From contig CM068759.1 in NCBI GenBank assembly GCA_035084275.1, positions 10,044,001 through 10,108,000 of the forward strand: DNA of 64,000 bases. Direction: 5' to 3'. Every line of letters starts with the position of its first letter. The first letter of the stretch is position 1. The notes beneath the pieces are model-generated. The model ran no database searches. It was not told where the DNA came from and saw nothing but the letters and a program-made list of their open reading frames with translations. Shown piece by piece: positions 36,295 to 50,242 of the stretch. Origin of the DNA: Hydrolagus colliei (taxonomy: Eukaryota). Both the position numbers and the translations under genes were made by a program.

Positions 36295-37487
36295 CTAGAG
36301 AAAGATCACAAAGTCATCGAGAGAAGCAGATTACACGAGCACAGCGGTGTGTTCCCATTGTGTGTCTGGCCGTGAACCTGAATGCAATGTGGACAATTTG
36401 GAACAGAAGCTGACTTGTTGAATGGGCCAATGGCCCAATGGCCCATACACAGAGCTGGAGAACAGCAGGTGCGTTTTTCTTCCCTGAAATCCAGTTGCTT
36501 TCACTTGTATAAAGAAAAATTGCCACTCTTTTCCAAGCCCAACAAAGCAACGGCAACCAACCGTGGGATTATTTTATTAGACTCGGTCCCAACCCGAAAG
36601 AGATCCTTTAACACCAAGGTATCAATGGAGCACGCCACTTAACACAGTGAAGACTGATTTCTAGAGTCCGATACACATTTTGTTGATACGGGGGGAAGGG
36701 GGGAGGAAGTGGGGGGAATTCCCAAGCTTGCGCTATCTTTCATGCTGATATATAAAGGTCACTGAGCCACGTGAGCGATTCATCGCAAAATCATCAGAAA
36801 TTCTCTTTGTTCCAGGGTGAATGCTGAGCAGTGTGGCCTGTCTATGGCACGATCACGATGTAAGTGTAGCTAAGTTAATAGGGAACTGGAACTGTATTCT
36901 CTACAAAGAGCTGCAAAGCCCATTCCCCCCCCACCACCACTCCCTTTTTGTTCGAGGATATTTTTCGCGGAATGTGCGTGGTGGAAGAGTGAACGGAAAC
37001 TGTTTGAGTGAAACTCTAATTTTTTCAATTGTTCCAAAGAAGTCTGGTTGCAAATATCGTGTACCAAACCTCATTGTGTCGTGTGTGGTACCAGAAGCCA
37101 GAGAATATTTCGTAAAGCATCGACATTTTCTTGAGGTGGATTAAAAAAGAAAACATGGAACTTCTCTGCAAGTACTCTAAGGAAAAAATACACACACACA
37201 CACAAACACAAATCTTGCCTGTGCAAAAGCCAGCACCAATTTGCCTGGAGAGCTTTATTTCTGTGTCTGCCATTACATTCTGTACCAGGTCACTCCATTC
37301 CTTGATGATTTGTATCAAAAATTTTGAATGGCCCTTTTGTAGATTTTCCTGAGGGCAATGTCAGATCGGATTTGCCAATGGGGAGTGTCCTAAACTACCT
37401 GTCAGGAATCAAATTTCTCCAAGATATCTCATGGGGCAGAGTTCCAATAATATTCATAAAACAAGGTTGTACAGTGCAGCAGTTGTA

Positions 37488-38151
37488 CAGTAGAAGCCAG
37501 TTTATCCGTGACTCGATGAACCGGCACTTCCGTATAACCGGCACGCCCCACAAAAAATCCCCATTCGATAAACCATTGTATTGTATTGGTATTTATTGTT
37601 AAAAAAAAACTTCTCTCTTGCGCTTCTCACCTTTACTGGTAGATGCTGTGCTTGAAGCCGTGATGCTGCGGTTGAGGTTTACAGTCCAGCGATTCTTTTT
37701 AAAATGGAGGACGCCAAGCGGGTGAAAAAAACGGGAGCACGACTTTAAAGTCTTACTAGCAGCAAGCCGATAACGCTAGCCGATAACCCACATTGTCGCG
37801 CACGTGATGTATTTTGGTTTGCCGCTAGTAGAGTCTAGGGCTATCGGCTTGCCGCTAGTAAAGTCGCGCTGCTGTTTTTTTCACCCGCACGGCATCCTCC
37901 ATTGCAAAAAGAATCGCTGGACAGTAAACCTCAACCAGTAAAGGTGAGAACTGCAAAAGAGTAGTTTTAACAATAAGTACCAATACAATATTCTGTTATT
38001 ATCTGTTATTATTTAGTCTGGTGTGTATGGTGTGTGTTAAAAGAACTTACATTTTTGAAGGTTTTTAGCCATGGGCTGCCCGAATATCCGGCAGGCACCT
38101 GCGGGACCATTGGCCAGGTCCCGCAGGTGCCGTATAAATGGGCTTTTACTG
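37488..38151 (+). mobile_element. Tigger/pogo-like MITE with long internal palindrome, copy 1
   Basis: TA|CAGTAGAAGCC...GGCTTTTACTG|TA termini; internal inverted arms about 37580-37990. Confidence 0.85.
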
Positions 38152-39635
38152 TATTAGCATCTAGTCTCTGGAAACTTGTTTTGGAGCACAGCCCTGTTAT
38201 AGTACCACCTTTTTGGATGCCTTTGGATAACATAGGGTGCGGACTTCATTCAATAGGAGCAAAAAAAATTAAAATAACAATCGGGTCACTCAATCTATAA
38301 CTGTTTATGGGACACTGCTGAGTGCATGCAATTGGCTGCCACATTTCGCCCACCAAACATTCAGTCAATTCACTCTGCAGTAGTCTCTGAGACGCTTTGA
38401 AACGTCTAGAAAACATGATAAGGCGCAATATCAAACGCAAGGATTATTAAGATTAATAATATTATTATTGTGCACGTGCCCGACTGGACATCATTTCCCG
38501 TGAGCTGTGGAGCTCATCTGTTGCCTGAAAAATGGCTATGAACTCGGCTCTCCTTTAGCTCGGGAACAGCTGCAGGTCACTTGTGCACACATGCAGCAAA
38601 CGCAAGAACGCTGACCATTTATTACAAACTGACCAGTGCTGTTATACAGCAGACAACAAGCTTATACCATCACCTTTAACAGGATTTTATGATACCACCG
38701 CAAAAACTAACTTTAACAGCACTCTGCGGAGTGGTGATTTTTAGTGTCTTTCTGTATCGAACTGACTCACAACAAGGTACACAGTCACTCCACTTTGCAA
38801 TAGAAAAAAACTAGAAGCTCTTTCACATGTCGCCAACCCCACACGTAGATATCAAATGTAAGGATTAATGTTATGTTGTTATTTTTAAGCCCATCGCCGG
38901 AGAAAGGAGAGTGATTGAGGGCGGTGGGCTTTCCATTTCAGGGATGAATAGACCGGTAATGGTGTGGGAGCATGCAATAGCGAAAGTAACGGCAATCTCT
39001 GGGCACCATTAACCACATGCGACAAGGTAATGACTAGGAGATTCGCTTGTGCAGGGAACTGAGGGAGGGGGGAAAAGGATCACTAAACACTCGGCAGCAC
39101 CAGATCCAAAATGACAGGGCGATCTAATGGAAACGGAGCACAACTTTAAGTGAAAGGGACAGGCATCAATGGGAGAGATAACGATTAGCGACCTCCGATA
39201 CCATTGAATGGAGGTCGACGGGGTAATTCAAATTGAGTTCTCTGTTACTGCCAAGGATTGGTGACAACACAATGGGAGCAACGTTTCACAGTGTGCAGAA
39301 TTTAGCGTCCTGTTGAATTCAACAACAAAATAACAAAATTACACTTCTATAGTGCCTTTCACGTCAGGAGGATGTCCCAATTCAATTCAATTCTGTCTTA
39401 ACTTTGCAGCTTAATTACCTTTCTGCCGTTCTTAAACGTACGTAGGGAAGAAAAACACCTTCAAGAATTATTCACCAAATACTGTGTGCTTTGAAATGAT
39501 ACATAAATGGGGTAAATCTAAACCCCGGGTGGAATTTCTCCACCTCAGTGAGTGGTTAAGTGCCTGCCACTGTGGTGTGTGTCGATTGCACTGAATGGCG
39601 TCATGACAGTCGTGTCTGGGAACAAAAGGACTCAC

Positions 39636-39678
39636 TGCGAATCTGCTTCTTGATATCTTTTGAAGGATCCAGCCAATT
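39636..39678 (-). CDS. EPB41L1: 4.1N FERM exon (NWLDPSKDIKKQIR)
   Basis: 43 nt; tttcag acceptor, gtgagt donor; WLDPSK motif. Confidence 0.96.
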
Positions 39679-42194
39679 CTGAAAGTACAAACCAGTTCCA
39701 TTGTCAGAAACAAGACAGAAGGAGAGGAAGGACTTATTTTCAGGCTCACACTGAAAAGGGAACAAGGGGCGTCAGCCACGAACAATTCCAGCTGCTCTGG
39801 CATGTCGATCCCATTGATTTCAAGGCTGAAGGAGTGAAATTTGCCAAGATTGTAATGAAGCAATTAAATGATCTCTTTATAGTTATTTTGGTGACCTTCA
39901 TGCCACACTGCCAGTCCAAGTGAAGAAACAAGTCTTACGAGTTTTAGCAAGCAAATGAACGCAACACAATTTACATTTACACTTACAATAGCAATAGAAT
40001 ACCATGAGGTTTTAGCTGGTTAGATTCCAGCAGTTACCCAATCTACACTCTGGGTTTCCCAAGCCTTGGCTCTTGCCAATCTGCGCCTAATACTTTGTGG
40101 AATTAGGTTAACAGGATGTATCCCTCCAGCGAGAGAAAGAGAGAGAGAGAGAGAGAGAGTGCTCATTCCATTCCAACAATCTATCTCTGGGATTTCCATG
40201 TCTAGGTGAGACGCATGGAGTTTCAGTTTGGTTTGGAGTCTCTTTAAGCATGGTGATGGGTTTGTGCATGTGTCAGACACTCAGCTGAAACAAAACAAAC
40301 CAATGCCTTTCATGTCTTGGGGCCAATTCAAGAGTGTTCAACCCTGCTGCTTGGACTTGGGGTGGGGGGGAGAGGGTGACGAAGGTGTGTAAGCAACAAC
40401 AACAACAAAATTGCATTTATAGAGTGCCTTTCATGTCGGGAGGATGTCCCAAAGCACTGGGGAGAGATGCGGACAAAGAGATACAATTTGAGACAGAACA
40501 CACACATAATGCATTTCGGGTTTGAGAGAGGCGAGTGTAACGACACGTTTGACCATTTACAACAACAACTTGCATTTATATAGCTCCCTTCATGTGGGGT
40601 AGCCTCCTGGAGAGCTTCACAGAGCCGGAGTTCTGAAACCGTGATGGGAGAGGGGGAGGAGGTGAAGTGACCATAAGCACAAACAGTTGGGCATTTTAGT
40701 AAAACAAAATAAGGCCAAAATAATTGAATTAACTGTTAGGCACTTAAGCAGTCTCATCACCTCATGAACCAAGAATACTTGCAAACATCTCCCACAACAA
40801 GGCTAAGTGGTCACGGTTTGGCAGTGATTGCTACAACCTAAATACTTTCCTTTTTTGCAAACATCAATCAGACATTTTTAAAGCTATTATTAAAGCTGTT
40901 GCATCTAATTTGGTTCTTACAAACCTATTTTATGGTACAGTCATGGCTGACCTGTGACTATGAAATTGTCAGGTTTTTTTTATGGTTGCGTCTGCCCAAT
41001 GCATTTTATCTTGAAGAAAATTCATTCATTTTTTCAGGGGAGCATGGGTGGGGGGGGAGGGGATTGGGGGTTAGAAAACAATCACGTTCCTCAGCTGTGA
41101 GCAATGAATAAATTTAACTGTTGACCTTTCAAGTGTTTCAGGCTAATTTTACAGCAATTCAAAGTCAATTTCATGTCTAATTTGAAAAATCATTATTCTC
41201 GGCTCCCTCCTCACTCCTCTGTTTTGGTCTTTGGCTTTGATTTTTACATTTAAGACTGCAGTGCTTCAAAACCCTTTTTATTAATACAACTATGGAGAAC
41301 AAGCTTCTCAATGAAGACTGTGGATTGAAGAATTTCCTTACAAATCTTCACACTCTTACATTCCGAGTCTAGACAATGGCCCTAAGGCTAAAAAGACACT
41401 TTGAGCCACAGCACTTAGCTCAGCATTTAGCTAATAATAATAATCATCATCTTTGCATTTGATATTGCGCTAGATGGCTTCTTCTAGAAGTCTCAAGCAC
41501 TTCGCAGGATATAATCTAGAGGGAATTGACTGTTTTGTGGGTGAAATGCAGCAGCCAATTGCACACAGCAGTGTCCCACAGTCGTGGATTGAAGTAAATT
41601 GAAGAAATGATTCCCCCCACCCACCCCCAGTAAAGTGATCCACAAGCAACTAACAACCCGGTTCCCATTTTCCGCTAGGTAAACAGACGTGCTTGGAGTA
41701 CTTCCCCAAAGTTTCACCCTGCCAGAAATCAAACCCAGGTCCTCTCACTTGCAGGGCAAGGGCTTTAACTACTAAACTGGGTCCTTCTGAAGTCAAAGGC
41801 ACAATACAAATGCAATTTGTTGTTGTTGTTGTTGTTGATCTTGGACCCAACAATGCTTGCCACCGCTGAACCTATCTGCGCATCTTCCCTGCCCGCCCAA
41901 TCCAAACGCGCTTTCATCTGCTGGTTGTATTCTGTCAGAATCCCTCTTCAGCAAACTCCCGTCCTCCTGCAAAAATACAGCCATGCCACTTTACAGTAAA
42001 ATCTTGTGAAGCGCTTTGAGACACATGTCCTCCCAACATTGAGAGGTGCCACACCAAATGATGATGATGATGATTATGATTATGATGATTATTATTATTA
42101 TCCCAGGCTCAGTGGCCCTGACTTGCTGCGCTTTTACGGAGGTACGAGGGAAGTTTCACCGCACTCAGCGATGAAGTACAACAACGAGACTTAC

Positions 42195-42299
42195 TTTCTG
42201 GGTTTCCGAATCACAAAACGTCAGCCCAAAATAGTCCTTCTCCAGGAGGTTGAGATGCTCGCAGACCTGATCAAACAAGACTTGTCCTTTGGCACGTTT
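42195..42299 (-). CDS. EPB41L1: 4.1N FERM exon ([35 protein letters not shown])
   Basis: 105 nt; tttcag acceptor, gtaagt donor; FERM F1 motif LLEKDYFGL. Confidence 0.97.
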
Positions 42300-42699
42300 C
42301 TGAAAGATGGAAGGAAAGAACAGCATTAATGTGAAGAAGAAGCAGGGAGAAGAAAAAAGGCTTGCAAGGAGGGACACATTTGAAGTACAGTACGTCAAAC
42401 ATGTTTCCAGGGCTCAACTTCAGGAGATTAAAAAGGAAATTAAGGGTGCTTAGCTTCCGCCACCACAAAGCTATCTGCTGCTCGCACCTTTTGCTATAAA
42501 TCACCTTTCCAGCCTCTTGATCTACAGTATTTTCGAGATGTGGTGTTGGAGGTTGAAGGGGTATCTGAAGACTTTTGAGAATTTGGATGAAGCTTAGCCA
42601 GATCGGATTTGCAAAAGCCTTGCAGTTTTTCCTAAGATCATTGACAAACATCGTGTGACCACTTGGCTCTGAGAGCCGTTCGATTTTCACTGTTGATAC

Positions 42700-43081
42700 C
42701 GTGGACCACTCTATCGCCCTCACCCGATACCACCGGTTTCCCATCACACAGTACAAGATCCTGGTCCTCACCTTCAAAGCCCTCCATGTCCTTGTTCCCC
42801 CCTATCTCTGCAACCTCCTAAATCCCTACCAACCTGCCCGCTCCCTCCTCTCAGCGGGCTCCCTTCTGCTTCATGTCCCCCACCTGGCCCACCCCACTAT
42901 AGGTGGCGTCGCTTCAGTCACTCCTTCAGAACCCGTCTCTAGATCTTCCTCTTCGATCGTGCCTTTGATCACCCTGCTTCCCACGGTGCCTTCCACCCTC
43001 CCCGATCCCAATCCCCAGGCCAGGTCCAAAACACTGGTTATCCAGCGCCTCGAGACGCCCTCCTGACGTGAAAGGTGCCAT
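42700..43081 (+). mobile_element. LINE L2-clade 3' fragment
   Basis: ITQYKILVLTFKALHVLVPPYLCNLL; tail resumes at 43411. Confidence 0.8.
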
Positions 43082-43410
43082 TAGGTTCCGTCAATATCAA
43101 AATTTTCCGATATCGATTGGCTCATATCGATATATACAGATATATCGATATCTCCTGTTTTTTTTGTACTGCGCATGCATGCGCATTCGGAGGTGCTCTA
43201 GGCCCAGGAGGTTTGCAATGCCGGCGACAAGGTAAGTTGAAAAGGTTTGCTTTATCCCGATATAACTGATACATCGATATATCGCCGGACACGATTTGAG
43301 AATTTTTTTAAATATCAAATTTTTCGATATATCGATATATTTGAATTTCCAATATCGGCAAATCGATATGAAAAATTATACCGATATAACCAATATATCG
43401 CCGGACACTA
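43082..43410. mobile_element. hAT-type MITE inserted in an L2 3' tail
   Basis: Degenerate TIRs TAGGTTCCGTCAATAT / TAGTGTCCGGCGATAT; many CGATAT repeats; decayed 8-bp TSD ggtgccat / ggcactat. Confidence 0.75.
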
Positions 43411-45524
43411 GGCACTATACAAATGTAATTTTGTTCTTGCTCACTGATCACTCAGATTGTCTCTAGGATTTCGGTGACCATTTTCCTGCAGCAATACCAA
43501 TCCCTTTGTAATGGATCAGAATTGTGACCTGGCTGCAGATCAATTCATCTTACGCACTCTCCCTTTTCCCTCTTCCCACTCCCGTTCAGAGGCATTGTGT
43601 GAACAGTGTTACCTTCCCATCTACACACCCATCCTGTATCTATTTACACTGCACCGAGCAGCAGTGGCATCAACAGCGAAATGACTGAGTTCAAATGTAG
43701 GATCCAAAATAAATTGATCACTTCAGTCCACAACTGTTTGTGGACACTGCTGTGTGCAATTGGTTGCCACATTTCGCCCACAAATATACAGTCAATTCAC
43801 TTCACAGTATATTCATTCTGTGAAGCGCTTTGAGACGTCTCAAAGACGTGAAAAACGCTACATCATATGCGACGATTATTATTATCATCATATATCACCC
43901 ATTAATGTTACTGCACAAAAAAACCTTGCCACATACAGTCACACCTCAAGAGTTGAAATGGAACAAAGGAACTTTTCAGAAAAACCAACGTAACATTTTT
44001 TTAAATTAAATTACACCCAGTTTCAGCTCAAGGTGTCGACCTTGACAGCATTAGTCACTGCATTTGTCACATTAATCACAAAGAGTTTCGGTTGCTTCAA
44101 TGTGTCAGGGTTATAGAGCCGGATTCCTTCTAATTCCTTTTAGACTAATACTCAGCCACTCAAAGCTTTGAAGCATGATAATGAATGCAACTTCACAGTT
44201 TTTGCTGGATCAGAGGTTGTGTTTCCTCTGGGACGAAGTTTTCTGAAGCCCACACTGATTGCCGCATGCTTTTTTTCTCCGCGTCTCTTGAGTGAAGGGG
44301 AGTAGAGAGAAACGTTTCTCCCAAGTCGGTGTTGGGTTACGAAAATGTGGAAATCTCCAATTCTGCACCATCACAAATTTTAAGACATAGTGTTCTCGAG
44401 GTGCTAAGAGAAGCAGAATTTGTCAGCCTCAGGTCGGGGAAAAAATTGTGCTTGGCTGTGATGCCCCAAGGCAGATTGCCAACACACACTGACGACCTTC
44501 ATGCATAAAAGACACCTGGTTGAAGCACGAAGGAGCACCAAAGGGTTTTCTCTTGAAGCCAGGGTTCAGTGGAAGGAAAAGGGAGTCTTCGAAGATGGGA
44601 ATAATTAGCAGCAAAAACACTCCCCCAAGAACGATTTGCATCAGGCATTCTGTAATCAGGCATTACGACCCACTTAGTACAGGGGATAAAGCCACACATC
44701 AAAGAACTATATAATAATTGATGCATTTGATGTAACGCTTTTCACATCTTATCGACGTCTCAAAGCGCTTCACAGAATATACTGTAAAGTGAATTGACTA
44801 TATTTGTGGGCGAAATGCGGCAGCCAATTGCGCACAGCAGTGTCCCACAAACAGTCGTGGATTGAAATGACCAATTTTTTTTATTATTGTGGAATTTTGG
44901 TGAGGGGGGTGGGGGGGGGGGGCTGGGCAAAGGGAACAATAATTAATAATTAATTTCTCCGCCCTACATCCAGTAAACATAATAGCTGCGCTTTTCAGAT
45001 TTTTCTGCAACAACTACAATTAAGAGCAGATCAAGAGTAGAAAAAGTCATTCTTAAGAGGCTTGGGTGAGCAGGATGTCAGCTCACATTCACCGAAGTCT
45101 CTGGCTGTGCGATAGGAGTCCACAGAAATGAAATAGATTATCTTTATTCCTGCGGTGCTCAGAGGAAAGACGACAAGTTGCATTTATTTAGCGCCCAATT
45201 CACTCAGGATAGCAACTCGGAGTATGGCAGAGTGATGTGCAGGGTTGTGGCAGGTTAAGCAATCGGAAAGTTATTCTGGTCTTTGGCATCATTTTGTTTA
45301 TCCCGTCTTGTGTTGATATTTCGAGCTATTTTTGCTTGAACAGCAGTGCAGTTGATATTGAGGGTGGGGGGGGGGGTTGCCTGGTTCTGATCCCACGTGC
45401 AGGGAGATTTAATTAACACCAGTGGAGGTACAGACATTCACGCCTGAGTTGTTTCAGCTTCAACTGCATATGTTAATTCAACTCTCCTCCAGGTTAATCT
45501 TGACGGATGATGTTAAACGACAAG

Positions 45525-45965
45525 TCACGGAGGGCAGGGAGTCACTCAGCTCCTGTTAACCCCACAAGCCAAAGCCCTTAACCGGGTAGGGTGATCCCAG
45601 CCGGAGGAACAGCAGGGAAAGCTTGTCTAACAGTGATATCAATGGCAGTTTTACTTGGTGAGACTCCGGAATTTACCACAACGCATACTCTGGGGACCCC
45701 AAGACTTATCTCTTGCCAACCTGCGCCTAATGTTTCCCAGCATTAGATAAGCCGGATGTGTCACTCCAGGGAGAGAGTGCGCATGGCATTCCAGCAAACT
45801 ATCTCTGGGATTTCCATGTGTAGGTGGGATGCCATTGAAATGTGATTGGTTTTGATAATCCTACAACAACAACAACTTCAATTTATATAGCTCCCTCCAC
45901 GCCGGACGGCGTCTCTGTGCGTTTAATCTTAAACACAGTGATGGGTTTCCATCCAGTCACCCAGT
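45525..45965 (+). repeat. Unclassified interspersed repeat, longest copy
   Basis: Homologous to 14255-14455, 34055-34250, 40050-40285 and 51900-52330. Confidence 0.7.
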
Positions 45966-47843
45966 TGACTGAAAAAAAATGTTGGAAGCCATTTACAATT
46001 TTCATGGAATAATAATCTTTTGCAAACAATAATAAGAGAGCTCAAAACAATCTCTCAGACTCTGGATGGTAATTATAGTGACAGTGTATTTTGCAGGTAA
46101 ACATGAAGACAATTTGCAAATGACAAGGGCCCTCCAAACATCTTGCGAAGTGTCGAACGGATTATTGACCAGGACACTGAGACTTATCTTGACGGATTCA
46201 GTTCTTTGTAAGTTGCCGATATTGTCGCTATTTTTTTTCGCGCGCCAACAATTTCCCAACCTCAGCTTCTTAAGAAACAACCTAATTAAAACCTAATTCA
46301 AGAATCCTCCACTAATCTGAAGATTTTCAAAAAAAAGTAATGAGTTGGAACTGGGGTGGGGGGGGTTTAATGAAGCGACGTGTGATTAAACTCGTTCAGA
46401 AAATCTTATGAATCATTCAGACTATCCTTGGGAAATTTCACTGATTTGTTCTATGCCAACACAATAACCTGTGAAGGAATTGAAACAGTCCTTTTTTAAA
46501 AAAAATATAAAGGCAGCAGTTTGGTCCACTACCACCGAACAGCCCTCCCCCCATCCACCATCACATAAACACTCACACACACGTGAATAAGTAGTAGTCA
46601 TCGGCAGTCTTTCCAAATTTCCATTCTGAATTGAACAAAAGGTGTAAATATGCTTCGATCTCGAGGTAGAGCCGGTGCTCAATACTCGTTATCCAACAGC
46701 TGATAACAATTTAAAAAAATATACCCCTCAATTGATACTCCTACAAGTGATTGTAATGTACACCAATGCCAACAACTCCCTACTTTATACAGAAAACACA
46801 TAGTCAACACACTTTACAGCATACTCTGAGCCGTGACTCAACGATATGATAAGTCAGGGATATCAGAACCATATGCAATTCCAGACACATAGCAAGAGAT
46901 CAGTCTAGCAGAGCAAGGAAACTGCTATTTTCGCAATATTTCCAAATGCACAGAGACCGCACTTGAGGTCACCCGAGGACACATTTTAGGGCAGCGAACA
47001 GAGAGTAATTAACACTGGAGCCACCGGGAACGGTGTGATTGAGGATTCAGGATTCTGGGACCCATTTGAGAAACAGCTTGACACGAGGCAGGCCGGGGGG
47101 TGCGGGTGGTGCGGGGGGGAAAGGAAGGAGGAGGTTCAATTCTTCAAAAGAAATCGGATTCAAAATAAATCGAAATTCAGCCTGAGTTTATTTTCCATAA
47201 TTCTGAACACTTTAAAAGCCAACATGGCTCTGCAAACATTAAAGAGTAGAAACGGCACCAATTACTGTCTTTTAAGGACATTTATAGAGACAGAATCGTG
47301 ATTTTTTGTTTCACGTTTCGTGTCCTGTTTGATTTTTTTTAAGATTGATGAGGAAGCGCCAGTAACGATCACGACGATCCTGGCAGCAAAGCCGTTAGCT
47401 TTACAGGCATGTTATTACCATAAGAGTTTCAAGATGCTCAGAAAATTATTGTGCATTAAAAAGTGAAATAGGATATTGTTCAGTGGAATTGTACTGCAAA
47501 GCAATTCTATTTTGTTATGAGGGGAATATGGCATATACACTGCAATGCCCCACAAACAGCCATGAATGTAATGACCAATTTTATATTAAGAGATTTTTGG
47601 CCAGGGCACACTGGGAGAAACTCTCTTTTCTTTTCGAGTAACGCTAAGGCGTCTTTCATGTCTAGCTGAACACTAAGTCTGTGGGGACCACGGTTTAACA
47701 ACAACAAAAAAAAAAAAATTACATTTATAGAGTGCCTTTCACGTCGGGAGGACATCCCAAGAACAGTTAGGTCGGACCTGAGCAGTGGGGGAACGGTCAG
47801 GGGGTAGGGACAGGAGGACAGAGAGTAGGAAAGGGGGCGAAGA

Positions 47844-48865
47844 CAGGCCCGTACGCAGGATTTTTAATGGGGGGGTGCGAATTGCTAGTAATGGGACCAA
47901 CAATGGCCGGCGGCTTGGGGGCTGTCCACGAGGGCCCCTGGCGGGGGTGAAGGGGGCAAAGCACCCTCGAGGCTCCGACGTTTTACACAGTTTGAGGTCA
48001 TATTTTACACATTTTTGCGGTCATTTTTTTTTGCATGCCAGTGGACGTCTCTAAAAGCAATTTTTAATTACAGGAATACATTTTTAATAATATAAATCAA
48101 ATGTGATAATCAAGACAAAACAAGAAACATGATATTTCAGAAACACGCCTATCAAAACTTCATTTTTACTTATATTTATCAGATTAAAATATGATTTCAG
48201 CTTCCACAAAGTGGTGCTACCTTTTTATGTAGTGACTGTATACGGGATGATTTCCAATTGACACACCACGTAGACATAGGCGCTAAAGCATAGGCCTACG
48301 TCCATGAGTATGTTTTTTAAAGATAGGCATTCCCGTCCAGACACATATAACTTTTTTGTTGGGTTCTCAAAAGCTTTAATTTCTCAGAAGCTTGTAAATA
48401 TGTTGTCATTGTTGGCTAGCATTACAGTCACACCTCTCAAAACTTGAGTAATTTTTACTTACGGTGATCAGATGAAAAGATGATTTTAACTTCCAAAAGT
48501 GGTGCTACCTTTGCTGTATACGGGATGATTTCCAAACGAGGATGGATTTGAGTCTTGGCCTATGTTTACGCGGTGAGTCACAGACTCGCCGCGTCATTGA
48601 CTAGCGCGTCTATCGACGCGGTATGTGTTGGGTAGATGCCGATTCTGGTGTGCGAGTAATTTTATATTAATACTAAATCATTCAAAGATGTGTATTTATA
48701 AGTAATACATAGTTTTGAAGAATTAATTGTTACACAAATGTTCAATAAATTTACTTGGTATTTAAATTTGATAAAAATACAATTCTCTACCCCGGAAAAT
48801 GTGGACCTTTTATAATTTGGGGGGGTGCCTACGCACCCGTCGCACCTCCCCTGCGTACGGGCCTG
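47844..48865. mobile_element. Non-autonomous TIR element, hAT-like
   Basis: 16-bp perfect TIRs CAGGCCCGTACGCAGG; AT-rich non-coding interior; interrupts an L2 remnant; TSD not recognisable. Confidence 0.75.
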
Positions 48866-49049
48866 GAGGAGTTAGGAGGGCAGCAGAAGGCATGGTCGAA
48901 GAGGAAGGTCTTACCATCTCATCTGAAAGACGGTGCCTCTGTCAATACTGTGCACCCACAGCACTGTACTGGCGTATCATCGAGTTCAATCGTCTGACAT
49001 GGGGCTTCAACTCACAACCTGCAGTGGAGTCCTAAAGCTGAGTGGTGTG

Positions 49050-49362
49050 GATTTCCGTAGCTCAGTGATGAGAGCACTCGCCTCACAAGCGAGAGACCTG
49101 GGTTCAATTCCCAGCAGGACAGAACCTTAGGCAAGTTTCCTTACTCCATATGCCTAATAATAATCCCTCAACAAAAACAATAATAAAATTGGTCACTTCA
49201 ATCCACGACTGTTTGTGCGACAGTGCTGTGCACAATTGGCTGCCGCGTTTGGCCCACAAATATTCTGTCAAATCACCTTACAGTATATTCCGTCAAGCGC
49301 TTTGTGAGAGATGTTTAGAAAACATGAAAAGCACTGTATCAAAGGCAAGGATTATTATTATT
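49050..49362 (+). mobile_element. Same SINE family
   Basis: Head, Deu domain and tail. Confidence 0.85.
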
Positions 49363-49926
49363 TTCTATCATTACAGGTTGATAACCTAACAAACCTACAT
49401 CCCACCAGCGTGCCCTACAATCAATCAAGAGATTAGCAGTGCAGAATGCAGCTTTCCAAGAAAAACACATTAAAAACTTGAGCTTAATAACTACCATTCA
49501 ATTGGCAAAGTATTATTCTTTTTTTCGCTTTGGGAGGAAATCTAATGTGACTTTGACTCTGCTTAAATGAATGTCGCAATGGAGAAACTCCGCAAGTCCG
49601 TTGGCAAAGCTTTCATTTAACAAGTGCCAGCAAAGGCGGAGAGATTGACCGGCTCCCAGCAGCAGTGATGTGTGAAGTGTACTTTATTCATCACAGCAAT
49701 GCTGAGTGATTTTCATTTAAGTTTGCTCTCATCGCTTCTCGGCAATGGTGACACTCTGCTGTTGGGGTGAACAGGCCACCCACAGTGCCAACACATATGA
49801 TGTTCCCTCACTCTTTGTCCACCTCCCCCTCCCATTAAAAACATTAGAGATTCAAAAGCTCGGAAACCCAGGCGGCGAACAATCAATGGTACGATTTTCT
49901 CTACCACGATCTGTCACGACGACATT

Positions 49927-50242
49927 AATAATCCTTGCATTGATAGAGCCCTTTTCACATCTTATCGACGTCCCAAAGCGCTTCACAGACTATACTGTAA
50001 AGTAAATTGACTGTATATTTCTGGGTGAATCATGGCAGCCAATTGTGCACAGCGGTGTCCCACAAACAGTCGTGGATTAAAATGACCAATTTTATTATTG
50101 TGGTTTTTTTTGGACGGATGATTATTAGGTGTGTGGAGTAAGGAAACTTGCCCAACGTTTCGCCCTAACATGCCTGGATTCGAACACAGGTCTCCCCAGC
50201 TTGTAAGGCAAGTGCTCTAACCACTAAGCCACAGGAGCTCCA
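49927..50242 (-). mobile_element. Same SINE family, full length
   Basis: Reverse complement of the consensus. Confidence 0.88.
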
